Translations under genes and position numbers: made by a program
Shown here: in pieces, positions 1 to 9,579 of the stretch
Position numbering within the stretch: position 1 is the first letter of the stretch
Layout: the number at the start of each line of letters is the position of its first letter
Notes under the pieces: generated by a model
Told to the model about the DNA's origin: nothing
Databases searched by the model: none
What the model saw: the letters and a program-made list of their open reading frames with translations, nothing else
Assembly: GCA_030428255.1 (NCBI GenBank)
Contig: JAUIBT010000020.1
Location: 9,380-73,379 of the forward strand
Direction of reading: 5' to 3'
Length of the DNA stretch: 64,000 nucleotides
Source of the DNA: Alphaproteobacteria bacterium
GTDB lineage: Bacteria > Pseudomonadota > Alphaproteobacteria > UBA7985 > JAUIBT01

Positions 1-1395
1 TCGTTTGAAGAATACGACATGTTCGTTACCCACCGATGTGTGGATTTTGGCATGGACAAGGATCACATCCCCAGCGACGGCGTTGTCACCGGTCACGGCA
101 CGATTGGCGGCCGCACGGTGTTTGTCTTCTCGCAAGATTTCACAGTGTTTGGCGGCTCTCTGTCAGAGACCCACGCGGCCAAAATCTGTAAGGTCATGGA
201 GCAAGCCCGCAAGGTCGGCGCGCCCATCATCGGCCTGAACGATTCGGGCGGCGCGCGCATTCAAGAGGGCGTGGCCTCGCTTGGCGGCTATGCCGACGTG
301 TTCCAGCAGAACGTCCTGTCCTCTGGCGTTATCCCGCAGATCTCGATGATCATGGGCCCTTGTGCCGGTGGTGCGGTCTATTCGCCCTCGATCACCGACT
401 TTACCTTTATGGTCGAGGACAGCTCCTACATGTTCGTGACCGGGCCGGATGTGGTGAAAACCGTGACCCACGAGACCGTAACAGCCGAGGAGCTGGGCGG
501 TGCCTCCGCGCACACCACCAAATCTGGCGTGGCTGATCGCTCGTTTGAAAATGATATCGTGGCGCTCAAGCAGTTGCGCCGCTTCGTGTCCTTCTTGCCC
601 AGCTCAAACCGCGAAAAAGCGCCTGAGATGGATCAGCATGACCCCAAAGATCGCGATGTTGCTGCGCTGGATCGTATTGTGCCAGTTGATCCCAGTGTGC
701 CCTACGACATGCACGTCATCATCTCTAAGATGGTGGATGCGGGCGACTTCTTTGAGCTCGCGCCCAAGTACGCAGCCAACATTATCACCGGTTTTGCCCG
801 CATGGGCGGTCAGACCGTCGGCATTGTCGCCAACCAGCCCTTGGTGCTGGCGGGATGTTTGGACATCGCGGCCTCGATCAAAGCCGCGCGCTTTATTCGC
901 TTTTGTGATGCTTTCAGCATTCCGGTTGTCACCTTGGTGGACGTGCCGGGCTTCTTGCCGGGCGTTGGCCAAGAGCACAATGGCATCATTAAGCACGGTG
1001 GCAAGCTGCTGTATGCCTACGCTGAAGCGACCGTGCCCAAAGTGACCGTCATTACTCGCAAGGCCTATGGCGGTGCTTATGACGTGATGGCCTCCAAGCA
1101 CCTGCGCGGCGATGCCAACTACGCCTGGCCGACCGCCGAAATCGCGGTCATGGGTGCCAAAGGCGCGGTGGAGATCATCTTCCGCAAAGACTTGGGCGAT
1201 CCGGGCAAGATCGCGGCGCACACCAAGTCCTATGAGGACAAGTTTGCCAATCCGTTTGTGGCCGCTCAGCGCGGGTACTTAGACGATGTGATCATGCCGC
1301 ACGGCACGCGCCGCCGGGTCATCAAGGCGCTGGACATGCTTAAGTCGAAGAAGCTGGACAATCCCTGGCGCAAGCACGGCAATATCCCGCTCTAA
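1..1395 (+). CDS. pccB: Propionyl-CoA carboxylase beta chain (5' end lies outside the window)
   Basis: Frame is open from base 1 ([13 protein letters not shown]). Carboxyltransferase motifs [36 protein letters not shown] and the C-terminal WRKHGNIPL are present. Confidence 0.93.
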   Translation, partial: SFEEYDMFVTHRCVDFGMDKDHIPSDGVVTGHGTIGGRTVFVFSQDFTVFGGSLSETHAAKICKVMEQARKVGAPIIGLNDSGGARIQEGVASLGGYADVFQQNVLSSGVIPQISMIMGPCAGGAVYSPSITDFTFMVEDSSYMFVTGPDVVKTVTHETVTAEELGGASAHTTKSGVADRSFENDIVALKQLRRFVSFLPSSNREKAPEMDQHDPKDRDVAALDRIVPVDPSVPYDMHVIISKMVDAGDFFELAPKYAANIITGFARMGGQTVGIVANQPLVLAGCLDIAASIKAARFIRFCDAFSIPVVTLVDVPGFLPGVGQEHNGIIKHGGKLLYAYAEATVPKVTVITRKAYGGAYDVMASKHLRGDANYAWPTAEIAVMGAKGAVEIIFRKDLGDPGKIAAHTKSYEDKFANPFVAAQRGYLDDVIMPHGTRRRVIKALDMLKSKKLDNPWRKHGNIPL

Positions 1396-1540
1396 AGCGG
1401 ACTCTCGGATGGTCCCTGGGATGGTCCCTGAAGTCGCATTTGTGGGCCGTAGGCGCGCCTGTGCCGGGCCGTACTCGCCGCGCGCTGTGGCCGCCAGGCC
1501 TGTCAGACCCAAAGCTGTTTGACACTGTGGCCAATACAAC

Positions 1541-1587
1541 AAAGAGCCCGCCACCCTGATTGAGGTCAGGTGGCAGGCTCTTTTTTT
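1541..1587 (+). terminator. Rho-independent terminator after pccB
   Basis: Hairpin GAGCCCGCCACC...GGTGGCAGGCTC followed by T7, between convergent genes. Confidence 0.75.
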
Positions 1588-1607
1588 GTTTGCGCCTCAG
1601 GCTTCGC

Positions 1608-1643
1608 CAGTGCTGCGATGTCAGTGCTGCGATGTCAGTGCTG
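1608..1643. repeat. 14-bp tandem repeat (CAGTGCTGCGATGT x2.6)
   Basis: Read directly from the sequence. A separate 12-bp duplication, GGATGGTCCCTG x2, is at 1407-1430. Confidence 0.85.
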
Positions 1644-1731
1644 TAAGGAGGTTGGCTGCCTGCCTTGCTCACACCTGGCTCCGGTTGTGGGCGGCGCCAG
1701 TGCGGGCAGGATTTGGCGGGCGGCCAAAGCC

Positions 1732-3237
1732 TTAGATGTCAGACGAGCGCTTGAAATTGAACTGTCCCATAACCGTCTGCGCATCAGGATAGCGCGCCAT
1801 GACGTTCTTCTGGCGAGTCCAGAACATGAGGCCGTCCTTACCGAACATGGGCAGGTCGCCGAAAATAGAGGCCTTCCAACCGCCAAACGAGTGCCAGGCG
1901 GTGGGAACGGGGATCGGCACGTTGATGCCCAACATGCCGACTTCGACGTTCTCAGCAAAGTCACGGGCCAAAGCACCGTTCTGGGTGAACAGGGCGACAC
2001 CGTTGCCGTAGAGGTGGTTGGTGGCCATGTCGCGGGCTTCTTCGTAGTCATTCGCGCGCACCACTGACAGCACGGGACCGAAGATCTCGTCCTTATAGAT
2101 GCTCATGTCGGTCGTGACCTTGTCGAACAAGCTGCCGCCCATGAAATAGCCGCCTTCGTAGCCCTGCGGGGGCTGGAAACCGCGGCCGTCCAAGACCAGC
2201 TCGGCGCCCTCTTCGACACCCTTTTCGATGTAGCCAGTAACACGCTCGTGGGCGGCCTGATTGACCAGCGGGCCCATTTCAACGCCTTCGGCGTTGCCCG
2301 GTCCAACCTTCAAGGCTTCGATGCGCGGCACCATGGCCTTGATCAGATTGTCGGCGGTCTCCTCGCCAACCGGTACGGCAACCGAGATGGCCATGCAGCG
2401 CTCACCGGCTGCACCATAGGCAGAGGCCAACAGGGCGTCGGCGGCTTGCTCCATGTTGGCGTCGGGCATGATGATCATGTGGTTCTTTGCGCCACCCAGA
2501 GCCTGAACGCGCTTGCCATTTGCCCAACCGGTCGAGCTAACGTACTGCGCAATCGGGGTCGAACCGACAAAGCTGACCGCCTTGATGTCAGGGTGTGTCA
2601 GGATGCCGTCAACCGCCTCTTTATCACCGTGCAACACGTTGAAGACGCCGTCCGGGATGCCCGCTTCTTTGACCAGATCGGCCAGCAAAGACGAGGCCGA
2701 AGGATCGCGCTCTGAGGGCTTAAGAATGAAGGTGTTGCCACAGCTGGCCGCCATAGGGAACATCCACAAAGGGATCATGATCGGGAAGTTAAAGGGGGTG
2801 ATGCCCGCAACCACGCCCAGCGGCTTGCGCAGCGAGAATTGGTCCATGCCGGTTGCGATTTGGCTGTCAAACCGGCCTTCCATCATTTGCGGCATGGAGC
2901 AGCAGAACTCCACCACTTCCGCCCCGCGAGCAATCTCACCAGCCGCGTCGTCCAGCACTTTGCCGTGCTCTTCGGATACGATCCGCGCGAAGGCGTCGAC
3001 GTTGGCTTGCAGCAGGTCCAGCAACTTGAACATAGAGCGCGCACGGCGGGCAACCGGCATGCTTGACCAAGCCGGGAAGGCCGCCTTGGCTGCGGCAACG
3101 GCTGCTTCCAGATCGTCTTTGTCGCCCAAAGGAACCTGACGAATAACTTGACCCAAGGCAGGGTTAAAGATGTCTGACATGCGCTGTGACTTACCGCGCA
3201 CGTGCTGACCGTTGATATAGTGCAGGACTTCTTGCAT
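1732..3237 (-). CDS. mmsA: CoA-acylating methylmalonate-semialdehyde dehydrogenase
   Basis: Motifs GITPFNFP, LKPSERDP, FVGSTPIA, GGAKNH, GAAGERCMA (catalytic Cys) and EIFGPV. Start placed at ATG 3237 after a GAGGA Shine-Dalgarno (SD). Confidence 0.92.
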   Translation of the reverse strand: MQEVLHYINGQHVRGKSQRMSDIFNPALGQVIRQVPLGDKDDLEAAVAAAKAAFPAWSSMPVARRARSMFKLLDLLQANVDAFARIVSEEHGKVLDDAAGEIARGAEVVEFCCSMPQMMEGRFDSQIATGMDQFSLRKPLGVVAGITPFNFPIMIPLWMFPMAASCGNTFILKPSERDPSASSLLADLVKEAGIPDGVFNVLHGDKEAVDGILTHPDIKAVSFVGSTPIAQYVSSTGWANGKRVQALGGAKNHMIIMPDANMEQAADALLASAYGAAGERCMAISVAVPVGEETADNLIKAMVPRIEALKVGPGNAEGVEMGPLVNQAAHERVTGYIEKGVEEGAELVLDGRGFQPPQGYEGGYFMGGSLFDKVTTDMSIYKDEIFGPVLSVVRANDYEEARDMATNHLYGNGVALFTQNGALARDFAENVEVGMLGINVPIPVPTAWHSFGGWKASIFGDLPMFGKDGLMFWTRQKNVMARYPDAQTVMGQFNFKRSSDI

Positions 3238-3386
3238 GGGGCTTCCTCGTTCTCGCTGACGTGTTGAGCGCCGAGGCCTGGGATGATCCGCAACCTCAGC
3301 ATTTGGCCAGAGCATAAGGCTTTGTGATCTCTAATAACATGTATAATAAGGGATATCCAATCCCCATTTTTGGAGAATACGGTGCG

Positions 3387-4265
3387 ATGAACTGGGACAA
3401 TCTGAAATACTTTCTGGCTGTGGCGCGTGAAGGGCAGTTCTTAGCCGCCGCGCGGCGCAGCAAAGTGGGGCAAGCGACGCTCAATCGCCGCATCACCGCG
3501 CTGGAGGAGGAGCTGGGCGCCAAGCTGTTTGAACGCTCGACAAACGGTTGCGCTCTGACAGCATTGGGGCAAGACCTGATGGCCCACGCCGAACGCGTTG
3601 AAGCCGAGGCCCTGCATTTCCAGCGCGCGCGCAGCCGTCGCGATGGCCAAGTGGAGGGCGTATTGCGCATCGGTGCGCCCGACGGCTTTGGCGTGGCCTT
3701 CCTGGCGGGCAAGTTGGGGCGTCTCAAGCAGCGCCACCCCAACCTGGTCGTGCAGTTGGTGCCGGTACCACGCGCCTTTTCTTTGGCCCAACGCGAGGCT
3801 GATATCGCGGTAACGGTCTCGCGGCCCGCACGCGGGCGCTTGCTAATGAAAAAGTTGACTGACTATCGTCTGGGCCTCTATGCCGCGCGCTCCTATCTGC
3901 AGCGCCACCGCACGCCGCAGAGCGTCGAGGCTCTGCCAGAACACCCTTACATCGGCTATGTGGAGGACTTGATCTATGCGCCAGAGCTGGATTTTTCGCG
4001 CGAGCTGCCGGTGCGCTGGGACCAAGCGATCGAGGTCTCTGGCGCTTTGGGGCAGTTTGAGGCGGTGCGCTCGGGCGCGGGCTTGGGGATTCTACACTGC
4101 TTCATGGCCGATCCAGAACCGGGCCTGCAGCGGATCTTGCCTGAGATTGAGATTAAGCGCAGCTATTGGACGGTTTGGCACGAAAGCTTGCGCGAGTCGG
4201 CGCGCATTCGCGCGGCGGTGGATTTTCTAGACGACGTGGTGGCCGAGGCGCGAACCGCTTTTTGA
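3387..4265 (+). CDS. LysR-family transcriptional regulator divergent from mmsA
   Basis: N-terminal HTH (MNWDNLKYFLAVAREG...LEEELGAKLFER) plus substrate-binding domain. GGAG SD upstream. Confidence 0.92.
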   Translation: MNWDNLKYFLAVAREGQFLAAARRSKVGQATLNRRITALEEELGAKLFERSTNGCALTALGQDLMAHAERVEAEALHFQRARSRRDGQVEGVLRIGAPDGFGVAFLAGKLGRLKQRHPNLVVQLVPVPRAFSLAQREADIAVTVSRPARGRLLMKKLTDYRLGLYAARSYLQRHRTPQSVEALPEHPYIGYVEDLIYAPELDFSRELPVRWDQAIEVSGALGQFEAVRSGAGLGILHCFMADPEPGLQRILPEIEIKRSYWTVWHESLRESARIRAAVDFLDDVVAEARTAF

Positions 4266-4299
4266 TTCAACCGCTTGGGCTCCATCGTGCGGCACGCAG

Positions 4300-6099
4300 C
4301 TACGGCTTGCACAGCGCTTTGGCGCGGGCCCCTTGGGCGGGCTGGTCGTTGCACCACAACCCTTGGCCTTGGTTGGTGATGTCAAATTGCAAGCCCAGTG
4401 CGCCCGCAGTTTGGCGCGACAGGCGGTTGAGGAAGCGAAACCGCTTGGCGGCTTGGCGTGCGGATCGCGGCCGTACCTTGTGGTGCATGCCCCGAAGCGC
4501 GACGCCCTCGACAGCTTCAAGCACCAGGTCGTTGCCGTCGAACCAATAGTGCAGGCGCAAGAACAGACCAAAATCGCGACCCAGTGGGCGATTGTCGATG
4601 TTGGCAGCTCCGAACAACAGGCCATTGCCCAGCGAATAGGCGATCAAGCGGCCTTGCTCGTCGCGCTCGATGGCGCGGGCGACGTGCGGATGATGACCCA
4701 CGATCAAATCGACCCCGGCCTCGTCGCGCGCTTGGCGCAGCTTGCGTTTGAGGCTGCCCTCGGCCTCAGAGACCTTTTCTCGCCCCTCGTGGATCGAGAG
4801 AATCTTCAGGTCAGCCTCAGAGCGACTAAAGGCGCTGATCACCGTCTGCCAATCCTGATCGCGGCGGATATAGAATTGGCCCGGTTGATCTTCAGAAGGA
4901 CGCGGCGCGCCGCTGGATATCCCGATGGCCGCAAAGGCGATGGTCATGCCTTTAAGCCGAAACTCGCGCACGTTCAAAAGCTGGTCCTGGGTGCCGACCC
5001 CATGATGAATGACGCCCGGCCCGTGCTGTTCGAGCGCCGCCAGCGTCGCCACTTGCCCGGCGCGCCTGAAATCGCCCGAATGATTGTTGGCCAAGGAGAG
5101 CAAGTTGAAGCCCAAGTCCTGCACCAAGTGTTGCAGCGCGGTGTCGTGGGTCTGAAAGGCAAAGGCCTTGCTGCGTGCCTTCAGCGGGCGGTCGGTGACT
5201 ACGGTCTCCAGGTTAAGAAAATTGAGATCACCGTCGATCAGCGGTGCCAGACCCTTGGTAAAGGGCGCCCAATAGTCAGCCGACTTGGCGGTCTTGAGCC
5301 TGCGGTTTTCGGCCAGGCCGACATCGCCCACCATGGTCAGCACCAGCGCGGTGGGTTTGGCCGGTTGTTGGCCAGCAATGGGCGCAGGGGACAAGCTGGC
5401 CAGTTGCTGCCCTACCGGGGTGTTGCGGTCGATGGCAGTGGGCTGTGTGGTGTTCGCATCTTCGATTGCGATGAGGTCGGACAGGGCGTCCGCGCGTGCC
5501 ACCACCGGAGCAACCAAATTGCCAACAGCGCTCGTTTCAATCAGGTCCCCAAGATTACTGCCCACAGCGCGCAGGCCCATTGCATCTAGGGTCTGTGGAG
5601 GTAGGGGGCGTTGGAGTGTCTTGGGCGTTTGCGGAGCCACTCGCGATTGCCGAGCCAAAGGCATCGGCGGGCTGGTAAGAGGTGGTGGCGCTGCAAGGGT
5701 GTTCGCGTCTTCGGGCACTGTCGCGACCGGGGCTTCGGGCAGCGGTCCAAGCGAGGCCACCAGGGCGCCGATATCGGGTTGCGGCCCGCTGGTGCCACTG
5801 GCTTCGTTGGCGCTGTGGCGCTCGGCGCGCAGAATGGCGGATGCCAGGCCCTTGCCAGAAAATCCGCTTGCCCCTATGCCAGCAGGTGACAGGTTGCGCG
5901 CGGCAGCGGGAGCAAGCAACAGGCTCGTGCAGATCAGGCTCGCGCAGATCAGGCTGGCGGCGAAAAGCCCCGCGCGTGGGCGGTCAGCTCTGCTTCTGGC
6001 CGAATATGGGGCCGAATATGGAGCGGGGTTTGGGGCTGGGTTTGGCCCCCGCTTTGAGCCTGTGGCGGGTGCCTGCGGTATGGCAGGCTGGCGCCCCAA
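4300..6099 (-). CDS. CapA/PGA_cap-family metallophosphatase with a long Pro/Ala-rich N-terminus (start uncertain)
   Basis: Motifs VGDV, NLET, LANNH, IHEG, VGHHPHV and YSLGN are present, with a hydrophobic signal-like segment (LICTSLLLAPAAA). TTG 6099 chosen to avoid overlap with the upstream gene. Confidence 0.8.
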   Translation of the reverse strand: MGRQPAIPQAPATGSKRGPNPAPNPAPYSAPYSARSRADRPRAGLFAASLICASLICTSLLLAPAAARNLSPAGIGASGFSGKGLASAILRAERHSANEASGTSGPQPDIGALVASLGPLPEAPVATVPEDANTLAAPPPLTSPPMPLARQSRVAPQTPKTLQRPLPPQTLDAMGLRAVGSNLGDLIETSAVGNLVAPVVARADALSDLIAIEDANTTQPTAIDRNTPVGQQLASLSPAPIAGQQPAKPTALVLTMVGDVGLAENRRLKTAKSADYWAPFTKGLAPLIDGDLNFLNLETVVTDRPLKARSKAFAFQTHDTALQHLVQDLGFNLLSLANNHSGDFRRAGQVATLAALEQHGPGVIHHGVGTQDQLLNVREFRLKGMTIAFAAIGISSGAPRPSEDQPGQFYIRRDQDWQTVISAFSRSEADLKILSIHEGREKVSEAEGSLKRKLRQARDEAGVDLIVGHHPHVARAIERDEQGRLIAYSLGNGLLFGAANIDNRPLGRDFGLFLRLHYWFDGNDLVLEAVEGVALRGMHHKVRPRSARQAAKRFRFLNRLSRQTAGALGLQFDITNQGQGLWCNDQPAQGARAKALCKP

Positions 6100-6118
6100 G
6101 CGCGCGCAATTCCGGCGG

Positions 6119-6928
6119 CTAGTCTTCCAGCAGTTCCAAAACGTGGCCGTTCGGGTCGATACGCGCGCCCAGCAACTGGCCTCCATAGCCTGATCCCCCG
6201 TCCAAAACGGTCACTTGCTGGTACTGTTGAAAGCCGTCTTTGTACGGCGAATGACCAGCAAAGATCCGTCGGAATCCTTCAAAGTGTTTTTCCATGGCGA
6301 TGAAATCGCGATGGCCCCACCAGAAGGTATCGCCTTGTTGCTCCAAACGCAAAGACGGATCGACGCCAGCGTGTACGAAAAGCAACTTGCGATCGGCGGT
6401 ATAAGCGGCGCGCTTGAGCAGCGACATGAATTCGTAGTGCCCAGGGTTCATACGCATATTCGAGCGCAAACGCAGCGTGTAGTGGGTGAGTTCCACCAGC
6501 GACAAGCGCATGCGCTCCAGGGCTTCCTCAACGGAGGAGCCATAGGCCTCGAGCACGGACTCGATGCCGTGTTCGATCATAAACGACAGGGACTCGCGCG
6601 GATTGGCTGCGAACTGCAGGCGCAACAATTGCTCGACCATTTCTTCGCGCTGGCCGCGCAGATAGACCAATTGCTCGGGCGAGATCCGCGGTTGGCTCAA
6701 CAAGTGGCGGCGAAACTTCAGCAGCTCTTGGATGGTTTCCAGCACGCGCGGGTAAGGGCCGTAGTAATTGCCCAGATAGACCACCGAGTCATTGCGCTCA
6801 AAGCCTGCATCAATTTGGGCATGGATGCGCCGCAGGCGCGCGGCGTCGCCATTGATCGACGCCACAGCCCAAATGCTGCCGTGGGGCGCAAGCGTTGCAA
6901 AGCGTGGGGACGGCTGGGGCGCGGCCAT
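6119..6928 (-). CDS. Calcineurin-like / Ser-Thr phosphatase homolog with degenerate metal-binding motifs
   Basis: Motif spacing of the lambda-phosphatase family: AVASING, VYLGNY, YLRGQRE, FVHAG, AGHS, LDGG. Confidence 0.75.
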   Translation of the reverse strand: MAAPQPSPRFATLAPHGSIWAVASINGDAARLRRIHAQIDAGFERNDSVVYLGNYYGPYPRVLETIQELLKFRRHLLSQPRISPEQLVYLRGQREEMVEQLLRLQFAANPRESLSFMIEHGIESVLEAYGSSVEEALERMRLSLVELTHYTLRLRSNMRMNPGHYEFMSLLKRAAYTADRKLLFVHAGVDPSLRLEQQGDTFWWGHRDFIAMEKHFEGFRRIFAGHSPYKDGFQQYQQVTVLDGGSGYGGQLLGARIDPNGHVLELLED

Positions 6929-7162
6929 AGAGAAGCAATCGGTCCACAGGTTAGAGGAGGTGCCTATCTATTGGGCGTAGTTGCAAGGAAACTCAACCCA
7001 AAATGTCAGCAAAACAGGCGCGAGAGCTCGTCAGGCGCGCAGACTTCAAGCCGTCGGCCAAAACAGTCGCGTGCTTCGCGCCGCAATGTGCCAGAGGCAG
7101 AAACGCGAGACCCCGGCACTGGGCCAGGGTCTCGTTATCTAGCTGGATGACGCAAAGGCGAA

Positions 7163-7663
7163 TTAAGCGGCTTTTTTCAAGAAGGTCGCCAGCTTGGTTT
7201 CTGCGGCCTGCTCGTCGATGCCGTCAATCGCGGCCAATTCGCGGGTCAAGCGACCCAGAGCGGACTGGTAGATTTGGCGCTCAGAGAAAGACTGCTCGGG
7301 CTGCTCTTCATCGCGGTGCAGGTCGCGCACGACTTCAGCAATAGCGATAGGATCACCGGAATTGATCTTAGTCTCGTACTCCTGGGCACGGCGGGACCAC
7401 ATGGTCCGCTTGACCTTGGCCTTGCCACGCAGCACCTTCAGCGCATCTTCCATGAGCTTTTGTGAGGAGAGCTTGCGGAGCCCTGAGTCGGCTGCGCGGT
7501 GCTTGGGCACACGCAGGGTCATGCGCTCACTTTCAAAGTAAACGGAGATGACTTCAATGTCGAAACCGGAGATGGTTTGGCTATCTACTCCGGTGACACG
7601 GCCAACGCCATGGGTGGGATAGACGACAAAATCACCTTCGACGACATCGATATTTTCGGTCAT
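7163..7663 (-). CDS. carD: CarD/CdnL RNA polymerase-binding transcription factor
   Basis: Motifs GDFVVYPTHGVG, MWSRRAQEYETKINSGD and IAEVVRDLHR. Confidence 0.95.
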   Translation of the reverse strand: MTENIDVVEGDFVVYPTHGVGRVTGVDSQTISGFDIEVISVYFESERMTLRVPKHRAADSGLRKLSSQKLMEDALKVLRGKAKVKRTMWSRRAQEYETKINSGDPIAIAEVVRDLHRDEEQPEQSFSERQIYQSALGRLTRELAAIDGIDEQAAETKLATFLKKAA

Positions 7664-7815
7664 AACGCGCTTGTTTCCTTTAGTTATACAGACGTCGTCA
7701 TTCTATGCGAAAACGCGGGGAAAATCTGGTTGCCCTGGCGCTCAGCAACGCGTATGACGACATTTAGGGGTTGTAAGGCCTGGCTGCGGGCGAAGTTACC
7801 CACACATAAGACCTT

Positions 7816-7844
7816 ATATTACCAGCATTTTGCAAAAAATGCAA
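7816..7844 (-). promoter_or_regulatory. Sigma70-type promoter of carD
   Basis: Minus strand reads TTGCAT-17 nt-TAATAT, with a TGn extended -10 and a T-tract next to the -35. Confidence 0.7.
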
Positions 7845-7952
7845 CCTTAGCGCGTCGCTAAATTTCGATGCCTGCCCTGCGCCATGGGCATGGCGCGATA
7901 ATGCGCGCCGCGAGTCGCCTGCCAGAGGTGCCATCTTAGGCGCCTAGCCAGT

Positions 7953-8027
7953 GCGCTCACCTGAAGCCCCGCACTGAAGCCCCGCACTGAAGCCCCGCAC
8001 TGAAGCCCTGCACTGAGGCGCTCACCT
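7953..8027. repeat. 13-bp tandem repeat (CTGAAGCCCCGCA x4) bracketed by a 10-bp direct repeat GCGCTCACCT
   Basis: Units start at 7961, 7974, 7987 and 8000. Flanking repeats at 7953-7962 and 8018-8027. Confidence 0.9.
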
Positions 8028-8111
8028 TCCCAACATTATGGTCTGCTCGCCGGTTTGAAGTCCGTGACACGCGTGACGCCTGCTCCGCAGCGGCGAGATG
8101 TTTCGACCACC

Positions 8112-8205
8112 AAGCCACCTGCGGGGTTTGCGGGTTTGTCTCCGCAAAGCCACCTGCGGGGTTTGCTGGTTTGTCTCCGCAAAGCCACCTGCGGGGTTTG
8201 CGGGA
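8112..8205. repeat. 35-bp REP-like palindromic tandem repeat (about 2.7 copies) abutting the fdxA stop
   Basis: Unit AAGCCACCTGCGGGGTTTGCGGGTTTGTCTCCGCA with a CGCAAA.CC/GG.TTTGCG stem. Related to the 45-bp array at 57341. Confidence 0.88.
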
Positions 8206-8544
8206 TCAAGCCCCCTGGCCGGGCTTGGGGCTAAAGTGCGCCTCGAACTTGCCCTCAACACCTTTCCACTCATCAGCGTCGGCTGGAACGTCGCCAATTT
8301 GCGTAATGTTGGGCCATTTCTCAGAGTACTCGCGGTTAAATTCAACCCAGGCCACAGCCGTCGGGTCGGTGTCCGGCAAAATGGCCTCCGCCGGGCACTC
8401 GGGTTCGCACACACCGCAGTCAATGCATTCGTCTGGGTGGATGACCAGCATGTTCTCGCCTTCATAAAAGCAGTCTACAGGGCAGACCTCCACGCAGTCT
8501 TGATACTTACACTTAATGCAAAGGTCGTTGACGATATAGGTCAT
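8206..8544 (-). CDS. fdxA: Ferredoxin FdxA (dicluster type)
   Basis: [26 protein letters not shown]...[12 protein letters not shown]. Confidence 0.95.
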   Translation of the reverse strand: MTYIVNDLCIKCKYQDCVEVCPVDCFYEGENMLVIHPDECIDCGVCEPECPAEAILPDTDPTAVAWVEFNREYSEKWPNITQIGDVPADADEWKGVEGKFEAHFSPKPGQGA

Positions 8545-8607
8545 AGCAAAGCTCGGTCGTTTGGGTCAGAGGGCAGCAAGGTGCTGCTCCGATTGATTGT
8601 GGCTGGT

Positions 8608-9393
8608 TTAGTGACTGCGTGCCGTCGGCTGAATGCGCTTTTTGGCGCGGTTGCGCCGGGTCAGCATGTTGAGCGCTTCGACCAAGATCGAAAAGGCCAT
8701 TGCGGCATAGATGTATCCCTTGGGAACGTGGAAGTGGAAGCCCTCGGCAATCAGCACCATGCCCAGCAGCAACAAGAAAGAGAACGCCAGCATTTTGAGC
8801 GTCGGATGGCGGCCAATAAACTCAGCGATCGGATTGGCGGCCAGCAGCATGACCAAGGTCGCGACCAGTACGGCGCTGACCATGATGGTCAGTTGTTGCC
8901 AGAACAGCAGGGCGGTCTGGCTGGTCGGGTCGGCAATCATGCCCACAGCGGTGATGACGGAATCCAGGCTGAACACAAGGTCGAGCAGCATAATCTGCGT
9001 TATCACAACAAACATACTGACTTGAGGGCCCTTCGAGGCCTGCGTGTGATCAACGCCTTCGATCCGGTCGTGAATTTCGTTGGTGGCTTTGTAGACCAAG
9101 AACAGGCCGCCCAGCAAAAGCACCAGATCGCGCCAGGTCAGCGTGTGCTCAAGGATCGGCAGCGTAAATGCAGGCTGAGTCAAACTCATAATCCAAGAAA
9201 TCGAGAACAACAGCACGATGCGGGAAACCAGCGCCATGCCGATGCCCAGTCGGCGGGCATTGGGGCGTTGATGCTCGGGCAGCTTGTCCGACAAGACGAT
9301 GATGAAGATGACGTTATCAACGCCCAGGATGATTTCCAGGATCACCAAGGAGGCAAAAGCCACCAGCACCGCTGGATCAAGCAGGATTTCCAT
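8608..9393 (-). CDS. TerC-family integral membrane protein
   Basis: Motifs LEIILGVDN, DLVFSLDSVITAVG and PKGYIYAAMAFS. Confidence 0.93.
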   Translation of the reverse strand: MEILLDPAVLVAFASLVILEIILGVDNVIFIIVLSDKLPEHQRPNARRLGIGMALVSRIVLLFSISWIMSLTQPAFTLPILEHTLTWRDLVLLLGGLFLVYKATNEIHDRIEGVDHTQASKGPQVSMFVVITQIMLLDLVFSLDSVITAVGMIADPTSQTALLFWQQLTIMVSAVLVATLVMLLAANPIAEFIGRHPTLKMLAFSFLLLLGMVLIAEGFHFHVPKGYIYAAMAFSILVEALNMLTRRNRAKKRIQPTARSH

Positions 9394-9579
9394 GATCGCG
9401 CTTTCGATTTAGGTTTCACTCAGCCCTCCATACTCAGCGCGAGGATGCGGAGCAAGGGGGCAGGGGGGCGCTGAAGGTCAGACGGGCAGATTTTTTACAT
9501 CACGCTTGCTTGAATACAAGCCGTGCTGCCAAGGCGCGCTTTGGCAGCACGCCGTTTTTCGCTCGGAGCGGCGCTTGGG

